Source: an uncultured Gemmatimonadaceae bacterium (lineage in GTDB: Bacteria; Gemmatimonadota; Gemmatimonadetes; Gemmatimonadales; Gemmatimonadaceae). Taken from it: a DNA stretch of 64,000 nucleotides. How positions within the stretch are numbered: position 1 is the first letter of the stretch; each line of letters starts with the position of its first letter. The DNA lies in assembly GCA_963817955.1 (NCBI GenBank), contig CAWFQK010000003.1, forward strand, positions 1 to 64,000, written 5' to 3'. The notes beneath the pieces were generated by a model that was not told the DNA's origin, searched no databases, and saw nothing but the letters and a program-made list of their open reading frames with translations. Shown here in pieces: positions 1 through 9,011 of the stretch. A program made the translations under genes and the position numbers.

Positions 1-1102
1 TGTCTCGACGATGCGTGCACTTGCCCCACCGTCCCCGTAAGGGTTCAAGACCGTGGATAAACCCGACTGGAAAGCCGCAGAATAGAGGGTGTCCAGGGCC
101 GCGCTGATGGCGTGGCGATCGGGCTCGCAATCAATCACACTGGCCGCCTTCAGGCGGCCGCGTTGTCGGTCGCCAATGTTGATCGTTCCTTTGTGGAAAG
201 TCGGAACCTCGGCCAATCCGCTCGATGAATTGCCGACCACTCCATCTACGAACTGTAATGTCGAGAGGTAGCGCTGCTGGCCAAGTGAGGTGACCGCACG
301 GGCGTGCGGATGGTTGGCGACGAAGCGATGAATCTTGTCGAAAAGACCGCGTCCGTTGGTGTCGGCATTCGGCATCGTGAAAATCAACCCGGTGTCGCGC
401 AACTTGCCCAAGGCGGCCAGCAACTCATCCATCTGACGATCCGAGCTCGAAGGTTCGAGGGATACGGGATGAAACGTGATCAGCAGGTTGCGCGGCTGCA
501 GCTGAAAATCCAGCGTCGAACTCGAGCCCCTCGCGATCGAGCAGCGGTTGTCGGCGAATTCCGTCCACGCCAAGGCCACCCACCAAGAAGACTCTATCCG
601 GTTGTTCGCCGAGCTGGATCACGCGTCAACGGTACTCTTCCGCCGCCACGAAATGAAGATGAGACATCTTGGTGACTGCGTGCCGTATCGCTTCGTCAAT
701 GAGCCCTTCGGTGGCTTCCCCACCGTGTAGATGCGCGATTGGAATCCGCGCTATCATCGCGGCCGTCACGGCCGCGAGAATCTCAAAGCGATCGCCGAGC
801 ACGACCATGATGTCGGGGACGAGTTCCGCCAATACGTCGCCGAACCCGATCATTCCGAGCCCAATTGACTTCGACAGTCCCACTGCAGTATCGGAGCTAA
901 GAAGCATCTCAACTCTGCGATCGATCGTGAAACCGTCTCGTTCGATCTCGCGAAATGTCAGCCCGAACTCGGGCGACAGGTGCATACCCGTGGCCACGAC
1001 CTGCAGTGAGAGCTCCGGATGCTCCTGAATGCCCTGCATGACCCATCGCAGCAGCCCATACTCGGCACGTGTGCCGGTTACAACGCAAATGCGACGGGTC
1101 AC
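1..1102 (-). pseudogene. neuC: UDP/GDP-GlcNAc-type 2-epimerase, hydrolysing (NeuC/LegG family); in-frame TGA at 626-628, +1 frameshift near 520; runs off the window start
   Basis: N-term VVTGTRAEYGLL, LGDRFE, HLHGGE; continues in frame as EYR*RVIQLGE, then after the shift LLITFHPV...MPNAD...VGNSSSG...NIGDRQRGR...NPYGDG. Confidence 0.9.
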
Positions 1103-2103
1103 AGCTCGATGAATTCGTCGATGGCGAAGTCGCGCCGGGCGATGCGGCCGATCACATCATCCCACCGCATCGGCGACAGTCCTGTGCCGGGGCGCTTGAC
1201 CGCGAGGTCGGCCTCGTTCAAAAAAGTGCCGGCCGAAATGGCCCGCGCCGCTACAATCGACTTGCGGACCACCGCGCGGTTCTTTGTCTCGCTCGCGGAC
1301 GGCCGTTTCACCCCATCGCCCAGCGCCTGTTCGATATTGCGGATCGCAGATACCATCGCGATGAGTTCGTCCGGCTCTAGACTCGCTTGGTGGTCCGGGC
1401 CCGGCATCGAACGGTCGAGCGTGAAGTGTTTTTCAATCACGGTGGCCCCCAACGCCACCGCCGCAATCGGCACCTCAATACCCTTCGTGTGATCCGAGTA
1501 CCCGACCGCCACGCCGAACGCCTGCCGCATCGACAGCATCGCTCGCAGGTTCACCGCGATCATCGGTGTGGGGTATTCCGTGCTGCAATGCAGGAGTGTG
1601 ATGAGCGACCGATCAAGTCCCGACGCTTCCAGGGCCTGAATGGCGCTTTCGACATCACCGAGGGTGCACATACCACTCGATATGATGACTGGCTTCCCGT
1701 AGCTCCCGATCGCCCGCAGGTACGGAAGATTGGTGATCTCTCCCGAGGGCACTTTGAAGCGGTTGAGTCCCATCTTCGCCAGCTTCTCTACGCTTTCGAT
1801 GTCGAAACCCGTCGAGAAGAATCCGATATCCCGAGTACGACAATGCGCCAACAGCGTCTCGTGCATGGCGGCCGTGAGTTCCAGACGGCGCAACATTTCG
1901 TACTGGGTTTCGGACGCCACGGTCAATCGCGACTGGTACTCGGCCTTCGGCGCGCCCTTCGTCACCAGCCGGTCCGCATTGAACGTCTGAAACTTCACGA
2001 GATCCGCACCGGCGTCCGCGGCGGCATCCACCAGCGCCTTGGCTATACCGAGGTCACCGTTGTGGTTCACGCCCGCTTCGGCGATGATCAACGTCTTGCT
2101 CAT
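1099..2103 (-). CDS. neuB: N-acetylneuraminate / N,N'-diacetyllegionaminate synthase (NeuB/LegI family)
   Basis: IIAEAGVNHNGD, VKFQTF, LLHCSTEYP, GYSDHT, IEKHFTLD and C-terminal SAF domain KRPGTGLSP; intact 334 aa. Confidence 0.95.
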   Translation of the reverse strand: MSKTLIIAEAGVNHNGDLGIAKALVDAAADAGADLVKFQTFNADRLVTKGAPKAEYQSRLTVASETQYEMLRRLELTAAMHETLLAHCRTRDIGFFSTGFDIESVEKLAKMGLNRFKVPSGEITNLPYLRAIGSYGKPVIISSGMCTLGDVESAIQALEASGLDRSLITLLHCSTEYPTPMIAVNLRAMLSMRQAFGVAVGYSDHTKGIEVPIAAVALGATVIEKHFTLDRSMPGPDHQASLEPDELIAMVSAIRNIEQALGDGVKRPSASETKNRAVVRKSIVAARAISAGTFLNEADLAVKRPGTGLSPMRWDDVIGRIARRDFAIDEFIEL

Positions 2104-2729
2104 GTCGCGCGCAGTGAAGGAATCCGTTGCCCGTCGACGCAGTTCGCCAGCACTCGCTGGCCCATGCCGATCACGCAGTGGGCACCGATGGCGAGCCCCT
2201 GCCGCACGCTGCTGCCGCTGCCGATGAACGTACCACGCCCCACTTGTACTCCGCTGTTCACGGCGGCGTTGGTGGACACATGGCAGTGATCGCCTATCAC
2301 CGCGTCATGCTCGACGAGCGAATGGCTGTTGAGAATGCAATTCTGCCCCACCGCGGCGGCCGCATTCACAATCGCCCCGTGCATCACGATCGTCCCCGAC
2401 CCGACCTGCGCGTGCCGCGAGACGTAGCCGAGCGGCGAAACGATCGTCGGCAGCGCGCACCCGAGTTCCATGAGCCGTGCGAAGATCCGCTCGCGTTCAG
2501 CCGAGGTCTTGATCTGCCCCACGGCGACCAGGGCGTGACCGAATCGTTCCGTCAGAACTGGCAGATCCTCGTCGCTACCGAGTACCGGATACCCGAGCAC
2601 CGTGCTCCCGACCTCGCTCGCCAATCCGATGAGTCCCGAGACGGCAAACCGACCTTCGCGCTCGATCACGTCGATGCAGGCACGCGCGTGCCCGCCTGCG
2701 CCGACCAGGAGAATAAGCGGAAGGCTCAA
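2100..2729 (-). CDS. Sugar N/O-acetyltransferase, NeuD/PglD (LegH-like) hexapeptide-repeat family
   Basis: LLVGAGGHARACID, then left-handed beta-helix repeats (VEHDAVIGDHCHVS); TTG start at 2729 overlaps the upstream TGA. Confidence 0.88.
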   Translation of the reverse strand: MSLPLILLVGAGGHARACIDVIEREGRFAVSGLIGLASEVGSTVLGYPVLGSDEDLPVLTERFGHALVAVGQIKTSAERERIFARLMELGCALPTIVSPLGYVSRHAQVGSGTIVMHGAIVNAAAAVGQNCILNSHSLVEHDAVIGDHCHVSTNAAVNSGVQVGRGTFIGSGSSVRQGLAIGAHCVIGMGQRVLANCVDGQRIPSLRAT

Positions 2730-3934
2730 CGTGCCGTTCCAATGTTGCCGGTGGAACCGAGCGCCGCACTGCTGGGAATATTGATCAACCGCCGTTCCAG
2801 AGACTCGGCTACCGGCAGCGGCATCCGCGGGCATCCGCTGAAATGCGGCAGGCGGTGCATGAGCCGCCAAGCCGGACGAGTCATGATACCGGCGTCATTG
2901 GTGGCCGTGAGCACGGCATCGCGCTGGTCGGCGTGTGCTGAGTCCAGAAGGATGGTCTGCAGCCAATAGTTGCTGCGAGTGTCAACCGGTTCCCGCACTA
3001 GCGTAACGCCCGGCATGCCGGCGAAGGCCTTGGCGTACCGGGTGTAGAGGTGCCGCTTGGCCTGGATGAACGACGACAACTGCTCCAGCTGCGCGCAGCC
3101 GAGGGCCGCGTTCAGGTTGGGCATGCGGTAATTGTAGCCGACTTCATCATGAATGAACTCCCATCAATGTGGTACCTTGGCGGTCGTGCTGAGGTGCTTG
3201 GCCCGCCGCCCGAGCGCAGCATCATTCGTCAGGATGGCGCCGCCCGCCCCTGTCGTGATCGTCTTGTTGCCGTTGAAGCTCAGAGTCCCGAGCACTCCGA
3301 AGGTTCCAGTGTGTCGTCCGCCCACCGTGCTCCCCAGTGACTCGGCGGCATCTTCAACGAGCATCAGGTGATAGTCGTGCGCCACCGCCAGCAGTCCCTC
3401 GATGTCCGACGGATGGCCGAAGGTGTGCATCGGCACCAACGCACGGATGCGGCGGCCGGTGAGCCGGTTGAAGCAGGCGCCGCTCCTTCGCTCAACGATC
3501 GAGTCCAGATACTCGCGCAGCGCTTGCGGATCCAAGCCAAGGGTTCGTTCCTCGCTGTCCACAAAGTGCGGGATGGCTCCCGCATGGCTCACGGCGTTTG
3601 CCGTCGCGGCAAAGCTCAGCGCCGGCGTCAACACTTCGTCATCGCGCTCCACACCGACCAGTACCATCGACAAGTGCAGCGCGGTCGTGCCGTTGACCAC
3701 GGCCACCGCACGCGCGGCCCCCGTGATGGCTGCGAGCTCGGCTTCGAATCGGTCGACGAACTTGCCGACCGACGAGACGAAGGTGGAGTCGAGACACTCC
3801 TTCAGATATCGCAGTTCATTACCGCTGAACTGTGGCTCGTGCAATACCACCGGTCCCGGGCCAGTCACCAAACGGATGGCAGCGACAATTTCCGTCGCGA
3901 GCGGCGGGGCGGTTGGAATGGGCTTGGAGATCAC
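2726..3934 (-). pseudogene. legC: LegC-family PLP aminotransferase (DegT/DnrJ/EryC1/StrS) with one in-frame TGA at 3164-3166
   Basis: LHEPQF, FVSSVG, VPMHTFGHP, VEDAAESLGS, SFNGNKTITTG; reading continues in frame PH*WEFIHDEVGYNYRMPNLNAALG. Confidence 0.88.
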
Positions 3935-4095
3935 AGGTCGTACGCGTCCGTCTTGTAAGAGGCCAGTATGTGGGCTGGGACGAACGAGCTCACCAGTTCC
4001 TGAAGCGCGCCACGAAGTCCGTCGAGACTTCCGTACTGCGGATGACTGTCGAGTAGGTCAGTGGCCATGTACTCGCCCGCCGACAGCTTGCCTGC
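3931..4095 (-). pseudogene. Degenerate duplicate of the 3' end of legB
   Basis: DLLDSHPQYGSLDGLRGALQELV...LASYKTDAYDL aligns with the C-terminus of 5723..6721 (ELLDWHPQYGGLDGFRRGIQETV...LASYKADAYNM). Confidence 0.85.
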
Positions 4096-4176
4096 GGCTT
4101 GGACGACAGCCGCTGTGAGAAGCCACGCCGCGTTGTCGAAGACGAAGATGCAGTTCACTGACGCACAGAGTGTTAT

Positions 4177-5187
4177 CTACTTCGTGCCTGGCGAAAGCTG
4201 CGTCCCTGGAGGCCGCAAGGATGCACGATCATCTACGCCTTTAGTAGCCAGAATGTTCAAAGTAGGCCCGAAAGGCTTGTCCAACACCTTATCCAGGAAA
4301 CGGGGCAAGTACTTTCCGATTTTCGCAACATGGCTTGCGCGCCCGCCATTCTTCTCGACTTGCACCGTATGAAATGCGGAGAACATTCGTCTGCACTCAG
4401 CTACGGTATATGTCGTAGTCAGCGGATTGGTCAGTCCATTCGTTTCCCAGGCACTCTCGCCGGATAACCTGAGCAACTTTTCTTGAAGGAACATGATCGA
4501 CCACGTCGCGTAGAGCATGACGTATGCAGTGCCGCCAGGCTTGAGAACGCGAAATACTTCAGAGATAGATTTTGTGATGTCTTCTGAATGGTGCAAAACA
4601 CCGCTCGAGTAGACTACATCGACGGACGAGTCGAGCAAGGGAATGAATCGGGCATCTGCCTGAATGCCAACCCCTCTTCCCACTTTCCTGATCAGTAACT
4701 CGGCGGCTTGTGCTGCCGGAGCCGTAATGTCCATCCCAATGCAATAACTGGCTCCGGCTTCGACAAGCAGCAACGACTCGGTTCCCGCTCCGCAGCCAAT
4801 ATTCAAGGCTATAGTAGAACCGCGCCGAAGATTCTTGACCCGCGATATCAAGGAATTCTCAGCGCGATTTCTCGTGAGCAGTCTATCCGCGTATGCACGC
4901 AGAGCCGCCTTGTCAAGCTCGTAAGCGAACGCATGTTCTGGTTCAGCTAGTCGCTTTCCCCATCCATTTCCCCAAAAATCAATCACCTTCCGGGCATGCA
5001 AGAATGCCGATTCAGATGCATACATCTCCTTGCAAATGTATGATCCGATGCCGAAGTCGGTGTCGCAGAACTCAAGTTTGCATGTGTGACAGCGGCTGGC
5101 CAGCAGATGGGATTTGCAGATTGGGCAAGCGACGATGTGACTGAACTCTATCGTGTTTCCGTTGGAGCTGATGGAGTCGGTAGTCAT
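4177..5187 (-). CDS. Class I SAM-dependent methyltransferase with N-terminal CxxC..CxxC zinc-ribbon
   Basis: ACPICK...CHTC; LNIGCGAG motif I; ADARFIPLLDSSVDVVYSSGVLHH, RVLKPGG; visibly more AT-rich than flanks. Confidence 0.85.
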   Translation of the reverse strand: MTTDSISSNGNTIEFSHIVACPICKSHLLASRCHTCKLEFCDTDFGIGSYICKEMYASESAFLHARKVIDFWGNGWGKRLAEPEHAFAYELDKAALRAYADRLLTRNRAENSLISRVKNLRRGSTIALNIGCGAGTESLLLVEAGASYCIGMDITAPAAQAAELLIRKVGRGVGIQADARFIPLLDSSVDVVYSSGVLHHSEDITKSISEVFRVLKPGGTAYVMLYATWSIMFLQEKLLRLSGESAWETNGLTNPLTTTYTVAECRRMFSAFHTVQVEKNGGRASHVAKIGKYLPRFLDKVLDKPFGPTLNILATKGVDDRASLRPPGTQLSPGTK

Positions 5188-5726
5188 TCACGCCTCAAAT
5201 ACGTGGCCGAACAATTCGCGTTTGACTCCAAGACGAGAGACTCGGCGTTACGCGTCAGCAATTCACAGTCGCTACTTCTTCGCTTCCTCATCGAGTCCAG
5301 ATCCTCGCACAACGCCAGGGGATCCGCGCCAAGGGTTCGAGCCTCGCTGTCAACAAGGTGCGGCATAGCCGCGGCAAGGCAAATGGCATTCGCCGTAGCA
5401 GCAAAAATCAGAGGCGGCATCAGTAATTCGTCTCCGCGCTCCATGTCAGCCAGCACCATCGACAGGTGCAGCGCCGCGGTGTCATTAACCACAGCCACGG
5501 CACGCGCGGTCCGCGTGCTGCCCGCGAGCTCGGCTTCGAATCGGTCCACGAACCTGCCGTCCGACGAGACGAAGGCGGAATCGGGACACTCTTTCACACA
5601 AAGCAGCTCGTTGCCGCTGAACTGCGGCTCGTGGAGTACAGCTGTCCCAGGACCCTTCACCGAACGAATGCCGGCGACAATGTCGTTCATTGGCGACGAG
5701 TCGGCTGGAGCGGACGTAGAGATCAC
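5184..5726 (-). pseudogene. Truncated, diverged duplicate of the 5' part of legC (no PLP-lysine region)
   Basis: VLHEPQFSGNELLCVKEC...FVDRFEAELA...FAATANA...DSEARTLG aligns with 3164..3934, then diverges after about 160 aa. Confidence 0.85.
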
Positions 5727-6721
5727 ATGTTGTACGCGTCCGCCTTATATGAGGCCAGGTTGTCAGCCGATGTGAACCAGTTCACGGTCTCTTGAATGCC
5801 GCGACGAAAGCCGTCGAGACCGCCGTACTGCGGATGCCAGTCGAGTAGCTCCGCGGCCTTGACATTGGCCGCCCAGAGGCGCTCCACTTCGCTTCCGCTG
5901 GGACGCAGTCGCTGTTCATCTGTCAGGATTTCCAGGGGGCGCCCCATCACCTCGGCAACCAGCTTGGCTGTATCGCCGATGGAGATTTCAAAGTTGCTCC
6001 CGACATTGATCACCTGCCCTACCGAATTCGGCGACCGCGCCGCTGCGAGGAACCCCGCCACGGTATCCATGACAAAGTTGAAGTCACGCGTGGGCGATAC
6101 AGCACCCAGCTTCACCTGCTTGGCACCGGCCGCCAGCTGTGTGATGATTGTCGGTATCACGGCACGCGCAGACTGCCGCGGGCCATAGGTGTTGAACGGT
6201 CGCAGCACCGCCACCGGCGTGCCGAACGAACTGTGGAACGACATTGCGATCTGATCTGCCCCAATCTTGCTCGCGGAATACGGTGACTGCCCTTGCAGCG
6301 GATGCTCTTCGGTGATCGGAACGAAACGCGCCGTGCCATATACCTCGCTGGTAGAGGTGTGTACCACCTTCTCTATCCCGAGGTCGCGGGCCGCCTGCAC
6401 GACATTGAGCGTCCCCTTAACGTTCACATCCACGTATGTGTCAGGGGAGTGATACGAGTACGGGATCGCAATGAGGGCAGCCAGGTGCAATACCGTATCC
6501 TGCCCCTTCACCGCCGCCCGGACACCATAGGGATCTCGTATGTCTCCGGAGAACACCTCGAACTTGCCACGGACTTCCGGCATACAGCGGTCGAGCCAAC
6601 CCCAGGAATTGAAGGAATTGTACTGAACGAACGCTCGCACATCATACCCGCCACGCACCAGGGCTTCCGTGAGGTGTGAGCCGATGAATCCGTCGGCGCC
6701 AGTGACGAGAACTTTCTTCAC
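5723..6721 (-). CDS. legB: NAD-dependent NDP-GlcNAc 4,6-dehydratase (LegB family)
   Basis: VLVTGADGFIGSHL, HLAALIAIPYSY, TSTSEVYG, YSASK, RPFNTYGPRQSARAVIP, RLRPSGSEVERL. Confidence 0.92.
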   Translation of the reverse strand: MKKVLVTGADGFIGSHLTEALVRGGYDVRAFVQYNSFNSWGWLDRCMPEVRGKFEVFSGDIRDPYGVRAAVKGQDTVLHLAALIAIPYSYHSPDTYVDVNVKGTLNVVQAARDLGIEKVVHTSTSEVYGTARFVPITEEHPLQGQSPYSASKIGADQIAMSFHSSFGTPVAVLRPFNTYGPRQSARAVIPTIITQLAAGAKQVKLGAVSPTRDFNFVMDTVAGFLAAARSPNSVGQVINVGSNFEISIGDTAKLVAEVMGRPLEILTDEQRLRPSGSEVERLWAANVKAAELLDWHPQYGGLDGFRRGIQETVNWFTSADNLASYKADAYNM

Positions 6722-7768
6722 GAGCGTCTCCCGAACAGCCGGCGAACTGGCGAGGTCACGTCCGCATACAGGACGGCGAGGGCGGCCAGGAACTCCAGCA
6801 TTCTCGGATCGCCGTCAGCACGACGACGTCTGATGCTGTCGCCGGCCAGGACGAGCAGGCACCCCGCGAAGGTTCCCACAGCCAGTCCCATGAGTACCAC
6901 CTTCAGTTGACCGCGTGGCTCAGGAACCGCAGGAACAGCGGGAGCTTCGACCATGATGATGACGGGAGTATCGCGCACTTCGCGGAGGCGAACCTCTTCA
7001 TACGCCTGCGCCAGCGAGGTAACGACCTGCCGGTGGCGATCGAGCTCGGCCAGAAGTCGGTTGCGCTGTAGGCTCACGTCCGATGTCGCATCAAACTGAC
7101 GATTGCCTCGCTGGAGCTCCTGCATTCGGTCTTCCGTCGTTCGAAGCTCTTGAGTCGCCAGCGCTAGGCGGCCCTCGACAAATTGACGCTCTGCCGCCGC
7201 TTGCACCCGACGGCTCTCTTGATTGAAGCGATTGACGTTGCGAACCACGGCATCGACAATGGCCAACGAAAGACTCTTCCATCGCGTTGTCGCCGAGACC
7301 TCGATGATGCCAGTCTGACGCGAGACCGATGTCCCCACTATACCACGGAGGATGGCTAGTACTTGTTCCGATCGAAGAGGAGAGTCGGGACCGCTGAGTC
7401 CCAACGACTGCGGCAACTGTACCTTCGCCCGCCCGATCTCCCGGTACTTGGAACGAATCTCGCGCCACGGCGAGGAGCAGCGCCCGCGATGTGATCAACT
7501 TAGCGTAGTACTCGGGCGACGCCGCTTGACCAGTCCCCGGCATCGCAATCCCGAATTGTCCAGCTAGGCTAGCCAAGCCAGCTCGCCCTTGATCAGTCGG
7601 CTGTGATGCGAAGGATGCATAGGCACGAAAGAGGGGTGGACGAGAAACTACCGAGACTGCCGCCACTCCTCCTCCGATAACTGTACATATCGCAATCAAC
7701 TTCCAGCGCTGGATCAGCTGTGTCAGGATTTCGAGGATGGAAACGTCGCCTTCAATCTGATCGGACAT
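6718..7768 (-). CDS. Wzz/GNVR-type polysaccharide chain-length determinant (frameshift near 7440, extra G in a G run)
   Basis: N-terminal TM after SILEILTQLIQRWK, coiled-coil, EVRDTPVI...P..P.EPR and C-terminal TM; two overlapping ORFs join into one. Confidence 0.8.
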
Positions 7769-7962
7769 GGTTGTTGATAGATGGTTGGCAACGGAAGTGG
7801 TCAAGTACCGGCGATTGAGGTGGTCGCTCCCTCAGCGGGGAGTGCTAAGGCAGCGTAATTGGGGCAATGCGAGCCGGCGAGTTCGAGGAACTAGGCCGCT
7901 GGGCCAAGAGCGACCACTTTCCATCGGTGACTGACCCGACCCAGCAGCAAAGTTGCCGCCGC

Positions 7963-8505
7963 CTAGCCGATTCGCACCGGCTTGACCATCGCGGAGCCGA
8001 TCGTAAACGCGACCCCCCTCCCAATCTCAGCCACCCAGAGCACCAGTTGGCGCCCGCTCCTCCGCTCGCGCACGATTCCGCGAATTCCGCGGAGCACGCC
8101 TTCCTGCACGATCACTTCGTCGCCCGGTGTGAAGTCGACGCTCTCGGTAACAGCTTCGGGTGCAACGCCCTCGCGTCCGATCGCGTCGCGCAGAGAGGTA
8201 ACAAAGCTGTCGGCGAGAAGAGCCGGCTTCCCATGCTCTGTGATTACCGTAAGAACCCCTGGGGTCCGAAGAATCCGAGGCCAGTCGGCGTCGGTCGCCT
8301 GGGCAAAGAGATACCCGGGGAAAAGCGGACACTCGACTTCCCGCCAGCGGTCACTCCAGCGGTGACGCTCCTTCACGATGGGAAGCCACGAGGACAGCCC
8401 GAGCGCAGCGATTCGCTTCTCGACCTTCTTCTCCGCTCGCGATTCAGCCCAGATCACGAACCATGGACCAGTCTGAGCCTCGAGAGAACCGGTAGTCTCA
8501 ATCAT
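7963..8505 (-). CDS. UpxY/RfaH-like NusG paralogue, transcription antiterminator (copy 1)
   Basis: WFVIW...RAEKKV, RWSDRWREVECPLFPGYLF NGN domain; KOW PGDEVIVQEGVLRGIRG. Confidence 0.9.
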   Translation of the reverse strand: MIETTGSLEAQTGPWFVIWAESRAEKKVEKRIAALGLSSWLPIVKERHRWSDRWREVECPLFPGYLFAQATDADWPRILRTPGVLTVITEHGKPALLADSFVTSLRDAIGREGVAPEAVTESVDFTPGDEVIVQEGVLRGIRGIVRERRSGRQLVLWVAEIGRGVAFTIGSAMVKPVRIG

Positions 8506-8526
8506 GCGTACCCAAGTGCATGGTCA

Positions 8527-8541
8527 GTCACAGAACGTGAC
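8527..8541. promoter_or_regulatory. GTCAC-N5-GTGAC palindrome in the upxY leader (identical at 22561-22575)
   Basis: Perfect inverted repeat conserved in both upxY copies while the adjacent upstream DNA diverges. Confidence 0.45.
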
Positions 8542-8582
8542 AAACCACAGGAATTACCGCTACGAATCAAACGACATACGCC

Positions 8583-8915
8583 CTACTTTCCCGCGACTGC
8601 GCCCTCGCTTTCCTCTCGTAATCGCTCTATCTCGAGCCGGAGGGTATCGTACTCTTCGATCTTCCGTGCCAAGAAATGTCGCGTGAGCTCGGTCTTGGCG
8701 GCGACTCCCTCAGTAGTAAGGAGGTAGACATAGCCTCGCTTCTGCGAGCTCTTGTTGAAGTTCTGGACCTTGACGAACCCCTTGCAGAGCAGCGCCCTCA
8801 GCAGGTAGTTCGCTTTGCCGAGGCTCATCCCAAGCTCATGCGCCATCTCGCGTTGCGTGCGGCTGGGGCTCTTTCCGAGAAGCCGAAGGATACCCAGAAG
8901 CGAGGAATCGTTCAT
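8583..8915 (-). CDS. EPS-associated MarR-family winged-helix regulator
   Basis: TQREMAHELGMSLGKANYLLRAL..KGFVKVQNF...KRGYVYLLT.EG...K..LT.HFL.RK..EY..L. Confidence 0.9.
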   Translation of the reverse strand: MNDSSLLGILRLLGKSPSRTQREMAHELGMSLGKANYLLRALLCKGFVKVQNFNKSSQKRGYVYLLTTEGVAAKTELTRHFLARKIEEYDTLRLEIERLREESEGAVAGK

Positions 8916-8953
8916 CGGCCGCGGTTGGAGATGAGGGAGGGAGGGAGGGAGAG

Positions 8954-8996
8954 ATGTTCAACGCATGAACGTATGTAGATGGCTCGACGCAGTCAA
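8954..8996 (-). promoter_or_regulatory. sigma70-type promoter TTGACT-N17-TACGTT overlapped by palindromic operator ATGTTCA-N5-TGAACGT
   Basis: -35 at 8996-8991, -10 at 8973-8968, exact 17-bp spacer; same layout in the paralogous copy at 22644-24187. Confidence 0.7.
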
Positions 8997-9011
8997 GATA
9001 ACTGAAACCGC

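Noticed and set aside
626..3166. TGA recoding (selenocysteine or alternative genetic code) in neuC and legC
   Set aside because: Both positions fit Arg (CGA), not Cys/Trp/Gly, and TGA is used as a normal stop by many neighbouring genes
8506..8582. Canonical ops/JUMPstart element upstream of upxY
   Set aside because: No GGCGGTAG match; only AGCGGTAA in copy 1, which is not conserved in copy 2
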